DNA of 64,000 nucleotides from Squalus acanthias (lineage: Eukaryota), in the NCBI GenBank assembly GCA_030390025.1, contig CM059432.1, forward strand, positions 14,262,001 through 14,326,000. The letters run 5' to 3'. The notes under the pieces are model-generated. The model was not told the origin of the DNA. It ran no database searches and saw only the letters and a list, made by a program, of their open reading frames with translations. A program made the position numbers and the translations under genes. Shown here one piece after another: positions 47,481 through 60,727 of the stretch (position 1 is its first letter; each line of letters starts with the position of its first letter).

Positions 47481-50400
47481 CTTACAACCAGGAAATAGAA
47501 GGAAAAAGGGAAGATTAGAACATTGCAATGGAAGAAAAACAATCAGATCCTATCAATTGGGTCTATCATCAGCTTTCACTATCTCTTTTACTTCAATGGA
47601 TTCTTGCTGCAGTTTTACAGAGAACACGTGTTAAGAGCACCATAGTTACCACCGATCATTACTCCTGTTCTAGACTGTTCTCCACAGATATAAATGGGTT
47701 CATGACGTCAACAATGCCAGTTGATTAAACAAACGATTAAAAGAAACATTAAGTATTATGTTGGCTCTGTGATACGGAGTACATTTCAAACTCATGGAGC
47801 ATCTGAGCTCAGCTAGCCTTGTTCAATAATAATTGCTCACTCAATCTCACTTATTGAAAGCAGCCCAATTCGTACAACAATGCCAGAGTAATATATCATA
47901 TACATTTCTACTAACAATGAATCCATTCCTTGCCGAATCGTTCCCAGTATCCAATAATTGAATGCCTTTTAACTAGGGCTGAAGCGCAGAGGATTTATTT
48001 TATGCTCATGAAATTTGACCGTCATAATATTCAATTGCTCTTTATCCTGAAAGCTGACTGATGGAAAAATATCCTGGACAGAGAACAGTTGAATTTGATT
48101 CAGGTACGACCTTCGTGCAAAGCAGCATTTTACTGAACAGCGAGCAGCGAATGGAGGGCTAGATAATTAGCACAGCTCTTCTTAAAAAACCTTTGCTGGC
48201 AAGTATGGGTGTGTGGATATTATGGCCTCCCAACACTCGCTCTCCGGGCTCAAACATGATGGCTGGCCATTTGGGAACGGTACCGGATGGCTGTCCATTA
48301 GACTATATTGCAGCCAGAGTCAGCACCTTCAGGGGAAGAGGAGAGACAAAGTCCAAATACTGGTACATGGCAGCTAGAGACATGTGGAAGCGGAAAAGTA
48401 TCCTGCTGGTTGACATAATGATTTTGTTATTTATGTTTTGCAATGGAGGGCATTCTCTTCGGAGCCCCTGAAGCTCTTTGAAGTCAAGGTGGCCCGATGC
48501 ACTTCATAGAAACATTCTACAGTCTGTATAGAACCCCTCTAGGAAATATTTTGGGTCTTTACAACTTAGTGGAGCCACAGGGTACTCCATGAAAAAATAA
48601 ACTCTGTGAAAAAGGTACACCCCTACCCATGGGCTATGTTGGTTGGATCATGAGTGAACTTTTTGCAATACATCTCACATTTATACTATGAAAGTATTGA
48701 AAACTGGAAGTAATTCTGTATATTTAAATGGAAAGTTGAGGGGCAGCATAATGGGCAGCACCTTGACACACCCACAATGTATAAAGATGTGTGATTGCGT
48801 CCATGCTTCCCCACAGGGTAGGTTCCCTATCTCAGTTATGTTATCATAAGGAAGCACTGAGTGGAGTCCAGGTAGTTCCCAAACAGTGAGGGGAGGGTGA
48901 GGGAATGCTGTAGAGCTACTTATCTAGGGCATCATCACCACATTCCCAGCAGGCTGGCTATACAGTGCCATTTGCGGAGGTCTGAGATTTACTTTGTCCT
49001 CTAGCCAAAGGAAGGTGAATACGACAGGAAGACTTCAGGAGGAGTAAAAAGGTTAAATACAATAAAATGGGGAAAAAAATGAAATATAGACTTGACCTGT
49101 TCTGTGCTGTAAGTGTGAGGTTAGAGTACAAGACTGACGAAGACTTAACCTTCAGCCCATCCTTGTTATAGCAACTGAGTACGAAACAGTCAGTCCGACC
49201 AACACTAAACAGGCCCAGGGACGTTGCAGACTGATAAACTGCGAGATATATTTGGGGAGTTTAAAATAAGGCACAGGCTGTTTTCAAAGGTTGAAAAATT
49301 CTACGGCTTAAATGAGAAAAAGTGCCACTTACACTATAATAATTGAAAACATACAAAAGGGAGGATGCAGTTGACTCCAAATAGATGCGTACATGTACCT
49401 GATTCATCGGTAATCTTGATTAAAATCTATTACAAATTAAAATAAAAGAGTGGGTTCCAACATTGCATTTCAAATTGCATTGAAAACTCCTTTATCAGGC
49501 TCTGTCTATAGGTAAATCCATTTTAAAATGTAAACATTTGCATGCAGTACCTGTTATGGTGCTGTGATAGGGCATTTATATGTTAAATATGTCACATAAC
49601 GTTATGTTGAAAAGCAGGAGCTGATATTGTAATCTGAAAATTGCGAGTCTTCTTGCTGTTCCATACCCTGGCCTCCAGGTGGCTCTGCACCAGTATTCCA
49701 GTCCCACGTTAACTCGGACAAGTATTATTTCCAAAGTGAAATATTGGAATGAAGGTAATGTATGTAAGTTAAGATTTTGATATACTATTCATAACGGACC
49801 AACTTCCAGTCCACTTGTTTCCTTCCCCAACCTTTGAAAATGGCCTGTGTCTTATTTGAAATTCCCCATATTGATCTTATAGTTTAGCAGTCTGCAGCTT
49901 CTCTGCGTTCTGGGTTAATGACCCAAACCTCTATGAACCCTACCTCCACCCTGACCAATTCTTCAGACTTGCCCCCACACCATGCTGTGACCTGTCACAG
50001 ATTTTCATTGCCCCATTCATTCCTCCCTTATTAGTGGCAGCTCTCACACCCCCTTGATGGTGAATGGGTTTGTGGCTCTGGCCGATGTCACCTTTTCCAA
50101 AGAGCAGGAGCACACATCCTAAATGTTTTACATATTTGGTTTTACATAGAATTTACAGCATAGAATCTATGGGCCCTGGTGATTGATAATGTCCAATTGG
50201 GTGCCCTGAGTCCTTTTCTCCCCCTTCACACTCATGTTGATTTAGCTTTTTGCAGATGCTATCCACATACCACCCCGTCCTTTCTGAGTTGCTACCCCCA
50301 TATCCTGCTCAGGTGTAATGAAAATCCAGACCTTGGGCTTATGCGGGAGGAAAGAGAAACTTAATCCAAACCTCCCTCTGGGTCTGAGGGAGGGAAGGGG

Positions 50401-51082
50401 ATCTCAACACAACCACCCCCCTGCTAAGCCAATATTCCAGCCCTGCCAGAGGGAAGAGTGACTTACTGGAGCCCTCCCCTCCCCACTGAGATAGTCTCTG
50501 TGACCCTCTCCTCCATCCCATCCTTCTCCCCCATTCCCATCCTCCTCCTCTCCCTCACTCCCTCTCTCCTCCTCCCACCTTGTCTCCTCCCATCCAACCA
50601 CACACCCCTTTCCTCCTCTACTTACTGGGTTGAATTATCCCCCTACCTACTTGACCTGAATAATGAATTTGGTCTTGGCTCCCCAGGTGCGATGCCATGG
50701 GATTTGATTTGTAAAGAAGTAAAACCATTTCCCATTTATTCCTACTGTTCAACATTCCTGGCAGAAGGATAATAATTCTTCCCTGTAAATTCCCTAAGTC
50801 AAGCATAAAATATTCCTAAATTGTCTGGCTTAAACTATTCAGAACACTAGATATAGTTCATCTGCTGTCTGGTTTCACCAAGAGCCAGCAGAATTCTGAA
50901 CTCTTTTGTGTCAATCGAGGCTTTTGTTCAGACTGAATTGCTGAATGAGCGATTAGGGAGCTACATTAAAAATAGCTATTTCTATCCATAAATACAAAAA
51001 AAACCATTTAAAAGTAATACTGATCAAACAATGCTAGACAAGCTCGGTAAAATATTTTAAAAGGGATTTAAAAGAAAGAAAC

Positions 51083-51505
51083 ACTTGCATTTATATAGCG
51101 CCTTTCACGACCACCGGATGTCCCAAAGCGCTTTACAGCCAATGAAATACTTTTGAAGTGTAGTCACTGTTGTAATGTAGGAAACGCGGCAGCCAATATG
51201 CACACAGCAAGCTCCCACTAACAGCAATGTGATAATGACAAGATAATCTGTTTTTGTTATGTTGATTGAGGGATAAATATTGGCCAGGACACTGGGGAGA
51301 ACTCCCCTGCTCTTCTTCGAAATAGTGCCATGGGATCTTTTATGTCCACCTGAGAGAGAGTAGACGGGGCCTCGGTTTAACGTCTCATCCGAAAGACGGC
51401 ACCTCCGCCAGTGCAGCGCTCCCTCAGCACTGCACTGGAGTGTCAGCCTAGATTTTTATGCTCAAGTCTCTGAACCCACAACCTTCTGACTCAGAGGTGA
51501 GGGTG
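51083..51505 (-). mobile_element. Same SINE family, near full-length
   Basis: Colinear with 11225-11650. Confidence 0.85.
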
Positions 51506-51576
51506 TACGGCTGTAACACGCACTGAGTGAAATGATTCAAAGGTCGTGTCAGTAGGGAAGACCAATGCGTTATTTA

Positions 51577-53113
51577 AGAACATAAGAACATAAGAAATAG
51601 GAGCAGGAGTAGGCCAATCGGCCCCACGAGCCTGCTCCGCCATTCAATAAGATCATGGCTGATCTGATCCTAACCGCCAATCTACTATCTATCACAGAAC
51701 CATCTCCTGCATCTAACAGAATTGCACACACAAAATAGGAGCAGAATCAGGCTACACGGTCCCTGGGTCCGCTCCACTACCCACAGGGCCATGACCGATC
51801 CGAACCTAGACTCATGTCCAAATTCCTGCCCGCTCCCCGTAACCCTTAATGCCCTTTACTTCTAGGAAACTGTCTATTTCTGTTTTAAATTTATTTAATG
51901 ATGTAGCTTCTACAGCTTTTTGTGGCAGCATATTCCATGGACCTACCACCCTCTGAGTGAAGTAGTTCCTCCTCATCTCAGTTTTGAAAGAGCAGCCCCT
52001 TATTCTAAGACTATGTCCCCTAGTTCTAGTCTCACCCGTCATCGGGAACATCCTCCCCGCATCCACCCGATCCAACCCCTTCACAATCTTATATGTTTCA
52101 ATAAGATCGCCTCTCATTCTTCTGAACTCCAATGAGTAGAGTCCCAATCTACCCAACCTCTCCTCATATGACCACCCCCTCATCCCCGGGATTAACCGAG
52201 TGAACCTTTTTTGCACTGCCTCGAGAGCAAGGATGTCTTTCCTTAAGTAAGGACACCAAAACTGTATGCAGTATTCCAGGTGCGGTCTCACCAATACCTT
52301 GTACAACTGAAGCAATACCTCCCTATTTTTATATTCTATCCCCCTAGCAATGAAAGCCAACATTCCATTTGCCTTCTTAATCACTTGCTGCACCTGCATA
52401 CTAACCTTTTGAGTTTCGTGCACCAGGACCCCCAGATCCCTTTGCACTTCAGTACTCTCCAGTTTCTTGCCATTAAGATAATAAATTGCTCTAGGATTTT
52501 TCCTGCCAAAGTGCATCACCTCACACTTTCCAGTGTTGTATTCCATCTGCCAAATCTCTGCCCACTTACTTAGCCCGTCTATGTCCCCTTGCAGGTTTTT
52601 TATGTCCTCCTCGCTCACTACTTTCCCTCTCATCTTTGTATCATCTGCAAATTTTGATATGTTACACTTGGTCCCTTCCTCCAAATCGTTAATATAGATT
52701 GTAAAGAGTTGGGGACCCAGCACTGACCCCTGTGGAACACCACTAGTTACTGATTGCCAGTCTGAGAATGAACCATTTATCCCAACTCTTTGCTTTCTGT
52801 TAGATAGCCAATCCTCTATCCATGCCAGAATATTACCCCCAATCCCGTGATTTTTTACCTTAAGCAATAATCTTTTGTGTGGCACCTTGTCAAATGCCTT
52901 TTGGAAGTCTAAATACACTACGTCCACTGGTTCCCTTTATCCACTCTATATGTTACTTCCTCAAAGAACTCCAGCAAATTTGTCAAACACGACTTCCCCT
53001 TCGTAAAACCATGCTGACTTTGTCCTATTAAATTATGATTATCCAAATGTCCTGTTACTGTTTCCTTAATAATGGACTCCAAAATTTTACCTACCACAGA
53101 TGTTAGGCTAACC
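51577..53113 (-). mobile_element. CR1 LINE, 5'-truncated, 371-aa open RT/C-terminal segment, doubled 3' UTR
   Basis: [32 protein letters not shown] through to the stop at 51812; (CATAAGAA)n tail. Confidence 0.96.
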
Positions 53114-53117
53114 TACA

Positions 53118-53425
53118 TGTCCACCTACCTGTCCTTTAGATTACAAATCATTAGCGTACTGGCTAAAATCTGCCATGTAACCATGCACAGTAAAGACTGG
53201 AAACACTCAGCCGGTCAATCAGCATGTGTGGAGGGAACAACACCTAAAACATTAACATGACTGTTCTCTCCACAGATGCTGAATGACCTGCCGAGTGTTT
53301 CCAGTCTTTATTGTGCATTGATACATAGCAAAATTTTAGCCAGTACACTAATGATCTGTAATCTAAAGGACAGTAAGATGGACAGATTTATTTCAGATTT
53401 CTAGCATTTGCAGTTTTTTGCTTTT
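53118..53425. mobile_element. Older fold-back element with pLTR-like core and extended arms
   Basis: Imperfect arms of about 120 bp (53118-53240 and 53262-53384), followed by the family tail tttatttcagatttctagcatttgcag. Confidence 0.7.
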
Positions 53426-53724
53426 TATACACAAAAAATGGTTCGCCGGAGCCTGCAGAGTTGCATGGAACTGTCTCTTGGTGCACTATTGAGGGTTTAC
53501 TATTACTTTGGGTGTTTGAGGTTTGCAAAGGGAAGTATTTACAGTTTTCAGTAGGTGCGCCTAAAACGTGCTACTTAACACCTGACCAGCAGGCCAGCCA
53601 ATGGAACAGAAGAAGCAATAATTGTGGTACTATGGTGCGAACTGCAATTCGAAACCATTTAAACATCTGACATGGTAATGGGGAGAGCAGGGCAACTATT
53701 TAGTCTGAGTAACGTTGTTGTGGA

Positions 53725-54420
53725 ATGGAGCTCAGCAGAGAGCAGATTCCTTTTCTGGAAGGAGTCAGGAGGGAGGGACATGCTATATGGGGCCCGTGCC
53801 CCCTCGCTCAAGCACCTCACGCAGCAGGTAAGGGAAGAAGTTGCAGGGAGGGTGAATGCAGCGTCTGGGACCTGCAAGAGCGGGAGAAAGGTCAGGAAAA
53901 ATATGTCAGACAAGGCAACAATATTTTCCTGCATGATAAACACCTGCCCCAAGTACGCAGACAAATGGTTTCTAACAGATGAATCCTTTCATGCTTGAAG
54001 ATCCTAACAGTATGGTACCTGGACGCGTGCTGCCAAAATAGATCCAGGGCAAAGAGGGATTTGCTTGAATGGAGGCATTAAAGGATGCAAAGTTAAGAAT
54101 GCATATAGCAACCTACGCCCACCCCAATAATTCTAAAAGGGGCTTCACACAAGCAAAATTCATTCTCGTTTAGTAGCACGCTGTATGGACCTGAAACTGT
54201 GCAGCTGCACAACAGAATCATGGCTCTATGTATTTTCAATACTTCTATAATATTCTTTTGCTTGCAGGACAAGTTGGCATATAATCGACAAGAACAGACT
54301 CATACTGGTCCCAAGCAACTTAACGTTGACTCCTTTTGAAGAGGCCACCACAGAAATCATTGGCTGGGAAATCATCAAAGCAATGGGGATGGCAAAACTG
54401 GAGGCTTCACCTGACCGTAG
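53725..54420 (+). pseudogene. Fossil Harbinger Myb/SANT gene (exon 1 and exon 2 remnants)
   Basis: Frameshifted FLEGV / RDMLYG...EEVAGRVNAASGTCKSGRKVRK at about 53725-53910. Then a pyrimidine-rich acceptor (ttttgcttgCAG, 54267) is followed by DKLAYNRQEQTHTG / LTLTPFEEATTEIIG, matching exon 2 AKLAHNRRQQQRTGGG...PLSDLEERVHRIV. Confidence 0.7.
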
Positions 54421-54876
54421 AGCTCGTACCACAGTGTTCATGTCATGCTATGTGGCCCGACTAAGTTGACTGTCACACATTCATGCACTCAACCGCAGTT
54501 GCACCACACAGTAACTTAACTGAATTTTCCTACGCTAACCTACCCTCAAACCTGCGGGATGGTGGTGGAAAAATGAGGCAGTGAGGCCTACCGTCTCCAC
54601 CACACTCTGACCTGAATTTTTCTCTCCATGCCCCCATTGAGATTGGGGCTAGCCACCCCTTCTCCCACCGGTTGCATGTAAAGGCCAGCAGGGATGGGCA
54701 GAGCCTGGCCTCCTATTCCGTTTCCCTCCTGCGCATCCATTTCAATCGCTGGTCCCCGTGACCCCCTGGTAGAAGGTGGCGACAGGCCTGGGGTAGCGGA
54801 GTAATGGCACCAAGTTGCAGTAATGGAGGGAGAGGCCCTCGCAGATGCCTTCTCTCTCTCCAATTTGGCATCTACT

Positions 54877-56620
54877 CGACTGCAGCAGGACACAGAAAGG
54901 CTAGCAGAATGGGCAGACAAGTGGCAGATGGAATTTAATACAGAGAAGTGTGAGGTGATGCATTTTGGTAGAAGGAACAGGGAGAGGCAATATACACTGA
55001 ATGGCACAGTTTTAAAGAGTGTGCAGGGACGGAGGGACCTGGGAGTTAATGTGCATAGGTCCCTGAAATGACGGGACATAGATACATAGAAGATAGGAGC
55101 AGGAGTAGGCCATCCGGCCCTTCGAGCCTGCTCCGCCATTTAATGAGATCATGGCTGATCCTCCAATTCAGTATCCCGTCCCCGCCTTCTCTCCGTAACC
55201 CTTAACCCCTTTTGCCTGTAGAAATATATCTAATTCCCTCTTAAATATATTTAATGAGCTGGCGTACACTGCCCTCTGTGGCAATGAGTTCCACAGGTTC
55301 ACCACCCTCTGAGTGAAGAAATTCCCCCTCATTTCTGTCCTAAATGGTTTAGCCCTTATCCTTAAATTATGTCCTCTAGTTCTGTTCTCACCCGCCAAGG
55401 AAAACATTCCTTCTGCATCTAGTCTGTCTAGACCTGTCAGAATTTTATACACTTCTATGAGGTCCCCTCTCAATCTTCTAAACTCCAGTGTGTACATCCC
55501 TAAACTACATAGTCTCTCCTCATAGGTCAATCCCGCCATTCCTGGTATCAGCCTGGTGAATCGCCGCTGCACCCCCTCCATGGCAAGAACATCTTTCCTC
55601 AGATGAGGCGACCAAAACTGTACACAGTACTCGAGGTGTGGTCTCACCAGTGCCCTGTACAGCTGCAGCAAGGTATCCCTGTTCCTGTATTCCAACCCTT
55701 TTGCTATGAAGGCCAGCATACCGTTTGCCTTCTTGACCGCCTGTTGCACCTGCATGCTCGCCTTCAGTGACTGGTGTACAAGAACACCCAGGTCTCTCTG
55801 TACTTCCCCCTCTCCCAATTTATTGCCATTTAAATAATAATTTGCCCTCCCGTTCCTGCACCCAAGGTGGATAACTTCGCACTTGTCCACATTATAGTGC
55901 ATCTGCCATTTATCCGCCCAATCACCCAGTCTGTCCAAATTGCTCTGGAGCTATTGAGAGAGTGGTTAGCAAAGCATATGGGATCTTGGGCTTCATAAAT
56001 AGAGGTATTGAGTACAAAAGTAGAGAAGTTATGCTGAACCTTTATAAAGTGCTGGTTAGGCCACAACTGGAGTATTGCGTCCAGTTCTGGTCACCACACT
56101 TTAGGAAGGATGTGAAGGCCCTTGAGAGGGTGCAGAGGAGATTTACCAGAATGGTTCCGGGGATGGGGGATCTTAGTTACAAGGACAGGTTGGAGAAGCT
56201 GGATTTGTTTTCATTAGAGCAAAGGAGGCTGAAGGGTGATTTGATAGAGGTGTACAAGATTATGATGGGTTTGGGTAGGCTAGACGGGGAAAAGCTGTTC
56301 CCACTAGTTGATGGTAGAAGTCTAGGGGACACAGATTTAAGGTTTTGGGCAAGAGATACAGGGGGGTGGGGGGATGTGAGGAAAAACTTTTTTACGCAGC
56401 GAGTGGTGAGGACCTGGAACTCGCTGCCGATGGAAGTGGTGGAAGCGGAGACGCTCAATGTTTTCAAGGGGAGACTGGATAGGCACTTGAGGGAAATAAA
56501 CTTGCAGGGCTACGGGGATAGAGCGGGGCAATGGGACTGACTGGATTGCTCCACAGAGAGCCGGCACGAACTCGATGGGCCGAATGGCCTCCTTCTGTGC
56601 CGTTATGACTCTATGACTTA
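54877..56620 (+). mobile_element. CR1 3' fragment (host; pieces 54877-55076 and 55952-56620)
   Basis: RLQQDTERLAEWADKWQMEFNTEKCEV...VHRSLK, resuming as RVVSKAYGILGFINRGIEYK after the nested insert. Confidence 0.92.
55077..55951 (-). mobile_element. Young CR1 nested in the opposite orientation inside an older CR1
   Basis: Open 256-aa ORF2 C-terminus 55168..55938; CATAGATA tail. Confidence 0.95.
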
Positions 56621-57309
56621 CCGGTGTCGGCCTCAGTCTCTGTGAGGCCTACAAGACTGCTCCTCCTGCCATCCTCAGGGCTCTTATGCCCTTTTAAGGT
56701 CCCTCTTGTAGAGTCCCCACTGCAGCACCACCAGAGTTTCCTCAGAAGGGCCTCTTCTTGACTGTGGGACTCCTGCTGGGGGACCACCGTCCATGGCTAT
56801 TGAATATCAACCCAGGAAGATACGTCGAGGTTGTGGCGGTGGCAGCGAGGATGGTTCTCTAAGTCAGTTTTAACAGGTTTCCCACATTGTTCCCGACGTC
56901 AGCAGATTTCTGCCTACCATCAGATTTGTGTATTTTTCTGCACTTGCTGCCTACTAATAAAAAAACATTTCCTATAACTATAACACTGTTTTCCTTTGGG
57001 TAGCTGAAATTAGGACGGGGGGGGGGCGGTCTGTGGGTGTGTGTTAATATTTGCAGAGGATCCCTGACAGTATGTTAACAGTTGCAGTGGTCCCTGATTA
57101 TGTGTTAACATTTGCAGGTGGCTCCCCGAAAGAGAAAAGTTTATAAAGTACAGTTCTAAGGCTGATGTTAACTCACATTGTGGATGGAGCTCTTAACTGC
57201 ATTTAATGCTGTCACAGGGCAAAGTGGAAAACACTAATGGGTCAAGACTTCTCTCTCCCTCATCCCTTCACCAATTCAAGAGACAGTGCGGATGGAAAGC
57301 TAAATATGA

Positions 57310-57530
57310 AAGACTTGAATTTATATAGCGCCTTTCACGACCACCGGACGTCCCAAAGCACTTTAACAGCCAATGAAGAACTTTGGAGTGGAGTAATGTG
57401 GGAAACGCGGCAGCCAATTTGCGCACAGCAAGCTCCCACAAACAGCAATGTGATAATGACCAGATAATTTGTTATTGTTATGTTGGCTGAGGGATAAATA
57501 TTGTCCAGGACACCGGGGATAACGCCCCTG
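57310..57530 (-). mobile_element. Same SINE family, 3' half
   Basis: Colinear with 11225-11456. Other fragments lie at about 345-415, 19900-20040, 36065-36165 and 61970-62045. Confidence 0.8.
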
Positions 57531-58259
57531 CAACACAATAATATGAGTGAGGCAAAATGGATTTTAACAGCAGGATAAAAGAGGGCAGAATATCAATCAG
57601 TCTGTTAAGCCTGCCTCTGACTGACTGAGCTACTCTAAGGTAACCTTAATTTGGTGAACTGAAATTAAATATATAAGTACCAAAATCATTAAGAATTCAC
57701 ATTAAAAACTGTAAAGAGCTGAACACTTTATGTAGCAGTTTGTTTTAATCACCTTCAACCTTGTATCATTACATCACTGCCAACCAATGATTTTGCCAAA
57801 CTATAACCTTCCTATCTAAATAGCATTTACCTGATCGGGAAGATATTTCAATTGTAGTTTTTGATAAAGGTTCTTTGGTACTGATACTGAGGGTCAAGCA
57901 GAGTGTTACTAGGTAAATCCTAGATTCACTCTAAACTAATCTGATATGTACTGTGCTGGTTATGAGTCATAAGGATACCTTAATCATTCAGCCACAAATG
58001 CTAAGCTAGATCCCCAAGATAAAACCTCAGTCCTGACACCAGGAACACATGATGGACAATGATACTATGCGCCAAGATTTGCTGTTATATCCCACCTAGT
58101 ATGCAGAATTGTCATGGTTTGGCCAGGCATTGAAGTGATTGTCTACAAGCTTGCTTCTGTGAGTAAAATGTAATTTGGTGGCCTGGAATCAGTAGGTGTG
58201 GACAACAGATACGCTGACTGGTGTGACCAAGATATCAGATGGTATAATGGTATCACTAT

Positions 58260-58407
58260 TACTGATACAAACTTTTTGTTCCAGATTTATTTAATTGAAT
58301 TTAACATTCCCCAGCTGCTGTGGTGGGTTTCTGAACTCATATTTCAATGTTAGAAGCTCTCACTTGGATTACTAGTCCAGTAACATAACCACTATGCTAC
58401 CGTACCC
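58260..58407 (-). mobile_element. Isolated tRNA-like head of the 16676 family
   Basis: The reverse complement gggtacggtagcatagtggttatgttactggactagtaatcca matches 16676-16718. Confidence 0.75.
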
Positions 58408-59444
58408 TATACATCAGCCTATGTGCCTGAAACAGGTTGCAGTGATGAAGTTAATGGAAATGGGAATGAGGAGAGATGTATAACGGGCGGCCGAATCGTC
58501 ACCACCCGTTTTACACTATTACCCAAAATCCAAATTACCCCCCATTGAAACCCAAACTAATCACATATTCCTCTACCTTAACGCTTTTCTCCCCTACTCC
58601 TGTGTCCCCGTATTGCAAGCCCTGGCCCTTCACCTTGGCTGTTCAAATCAAAATTAAATTGCTTGACCTAAAGAGACCAGATAGCAATTCAGTGAAACAA
58701 CAGGGAGCGTGTGGATATGGACCATGAGCGATTGGTTCATATCTGTGAAAAATTGAGATGTACCATTGAATCATCACAAAATATAAAAGATAAAAAAACA
58801 TAATGAAAAAATAAAATGCTGGCAACACACTGCAGGTCAATCAGCATGTGTGAAGAACAGAACGAAATATAAATGGTTTTGTAGTCGGCAGCAGCTATCA
58901 ACAGCCATTGGGTAGGAGACAACTTCGGGCAAGATAAACAGTATAGCAGAGTGCGTGGAGGGACTATCAACCTGTCTGTCTCTCATAAGAGCACTGAATA
59001 TTTGAAAAGGACAGGGTGGATCTCACTCTCCAAATGTCTGAGCTGTGCCAAATTCACATTTTTCTGAAATAAATCCAAATTGGTGTAGGTCAGGCTATTC
59101 TGGATTTAGTGCGCTTCCTCAAACATAATCTGCTAAATCCTTGGCCAAAATTAGTATAAATGAAAACCAGTGTTTGTGATCCTGAATTTGTACTTGAAAC
59201 AGTCCTTTATCAAACTGACATTACTTTAACATCGTCATTTAAAACTTAAGTTTCGGAATAGATTACAATCTGGCTGTGCTGGAGGGCATCACACAGTAAC
59301 GCTGGTTTAAATACGTTCCGCAGCTGTGCTGTAATCTCAGACACAGGCTCATTATTATTTAATAACCACCCTTTTCATTTTCAATGCAATGTGATATGGT
59401 GAACTTTGCTTTACAAAATGCTCTCCAGTAAAATGCCTTCGTAC

Positions 59445-59690
59445 CACCACCTCCAAGTTCCCCTCCAAGTCACACACCATCCTGACTTAGAAGTATACCG
59501 CCAATCCTTCATCGTCGCTGGGTCAAAATCCTGGCACTCCCTCCCTAACAGCAGTGTGGGAGCACCTTCACCACACGGACTGCAGCGGTTCAAGAAGGTG
59601 GCTCACCACCACCTTCTCAAGGGCAATTAGGGATGGGCAATAAATGCTGGCCTGGCCAGCGACGCCCAGATCCCATAAACGAAATTTTAA
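59445..59690 (+). mobile_element. 3' fragment of the same LINE family
   Basis: GSKSWHSLPNSSVG...LQRFKKVAHHHLLKGN plus the shared tail. Confidence 0.88.
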
Positions 59691-60727
59691 AAAAGTGTTT
59701 CGGTAAACTTCTTTTGTCTGGGGAGTTGAAGAACCATGTAAGATTTTTTGTCATGATGCTGCTACCACAAGTTATGGGACGACTTAAGTAGCATCATCTG
59801 TCATGTGTTTGCAAGCTGGTGAAATAAGATTTGATGATGGTGGGTTGCAGAATTACAATCACAAAAATTAAAAAGATTTATTATTACATCCTAAATAATC
59901 CTGATGTTTAGACCCATCTGTTCTACACTTTCCTTGTAAAACAAAACAGCTGCAGTTTATCTATTAGAATGGATGGAAATATGAAACCAATAGTAAAAAA
60001 GCGTACAATCCCTGCATCTTGCTCCGCCTAAACTCTCGATAATGTGCTATTCATTAAAAAAGGGGCTCTGTTAAGGTCTTGGCAGTGATATTGTAATATG
60101 GGAATTCATTATTTCTTTTTATTATTTTACTCAGAGCTTCTGAATTGAAAAATGTAATGCCCCCTTTTTTTTTTAAACTAGCTTGTAAACAGGGCTGGTA
60201 GATGTCACAGCAAATGAGCGGTCAAATATGCCGTGACATACAATTAGAGACCTTTAAAATCGCTTCTTACTGATTGCCAGCGATAAATTCTTAGATTTTT
60301 GTGGGTACTGGATTAGTAAAAAAAACAAACGATTTTTGACTAATTTTTACCTTGTAAAAAACCGAATTCTTCTGCTCCGTGTGGATCCCGAGATGCACAC
60401 ATGACACACTGGTGATGTCATCACGTCCATGCAATTTACACAATGACATCACCAGCATGATGTGCGCGCTTCCTGGGACTAACGTTAAGTGCCATATTCT
60501 GAAGGTGAAGCCAGCTCACTTGTTGATACTGCTGGTCAAATTGCTTAATGCCTGTCTCACAAGCTTCTTTCTCACTGATTACACTGGGGTAAAGCAACTG
60601 AGAGCAGAAGTAAAGTGTGCCCTTGAGGTCACCATCAGCTGATGTGTGAGCAATGGATCAGTGCATGAGGTGTACAGAATGGTAGGGGATCTGAAGATAT
60701 TCCAGGATGATCCTGGAGCAGTGAGCA

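Noticed and set aside
57830..57890. Minus-strand micro-exon candidate ending CAG|GTAAAT
   Set aside because: Weak acceptor and no recognisable peptide; cannot be supported without transcript data.
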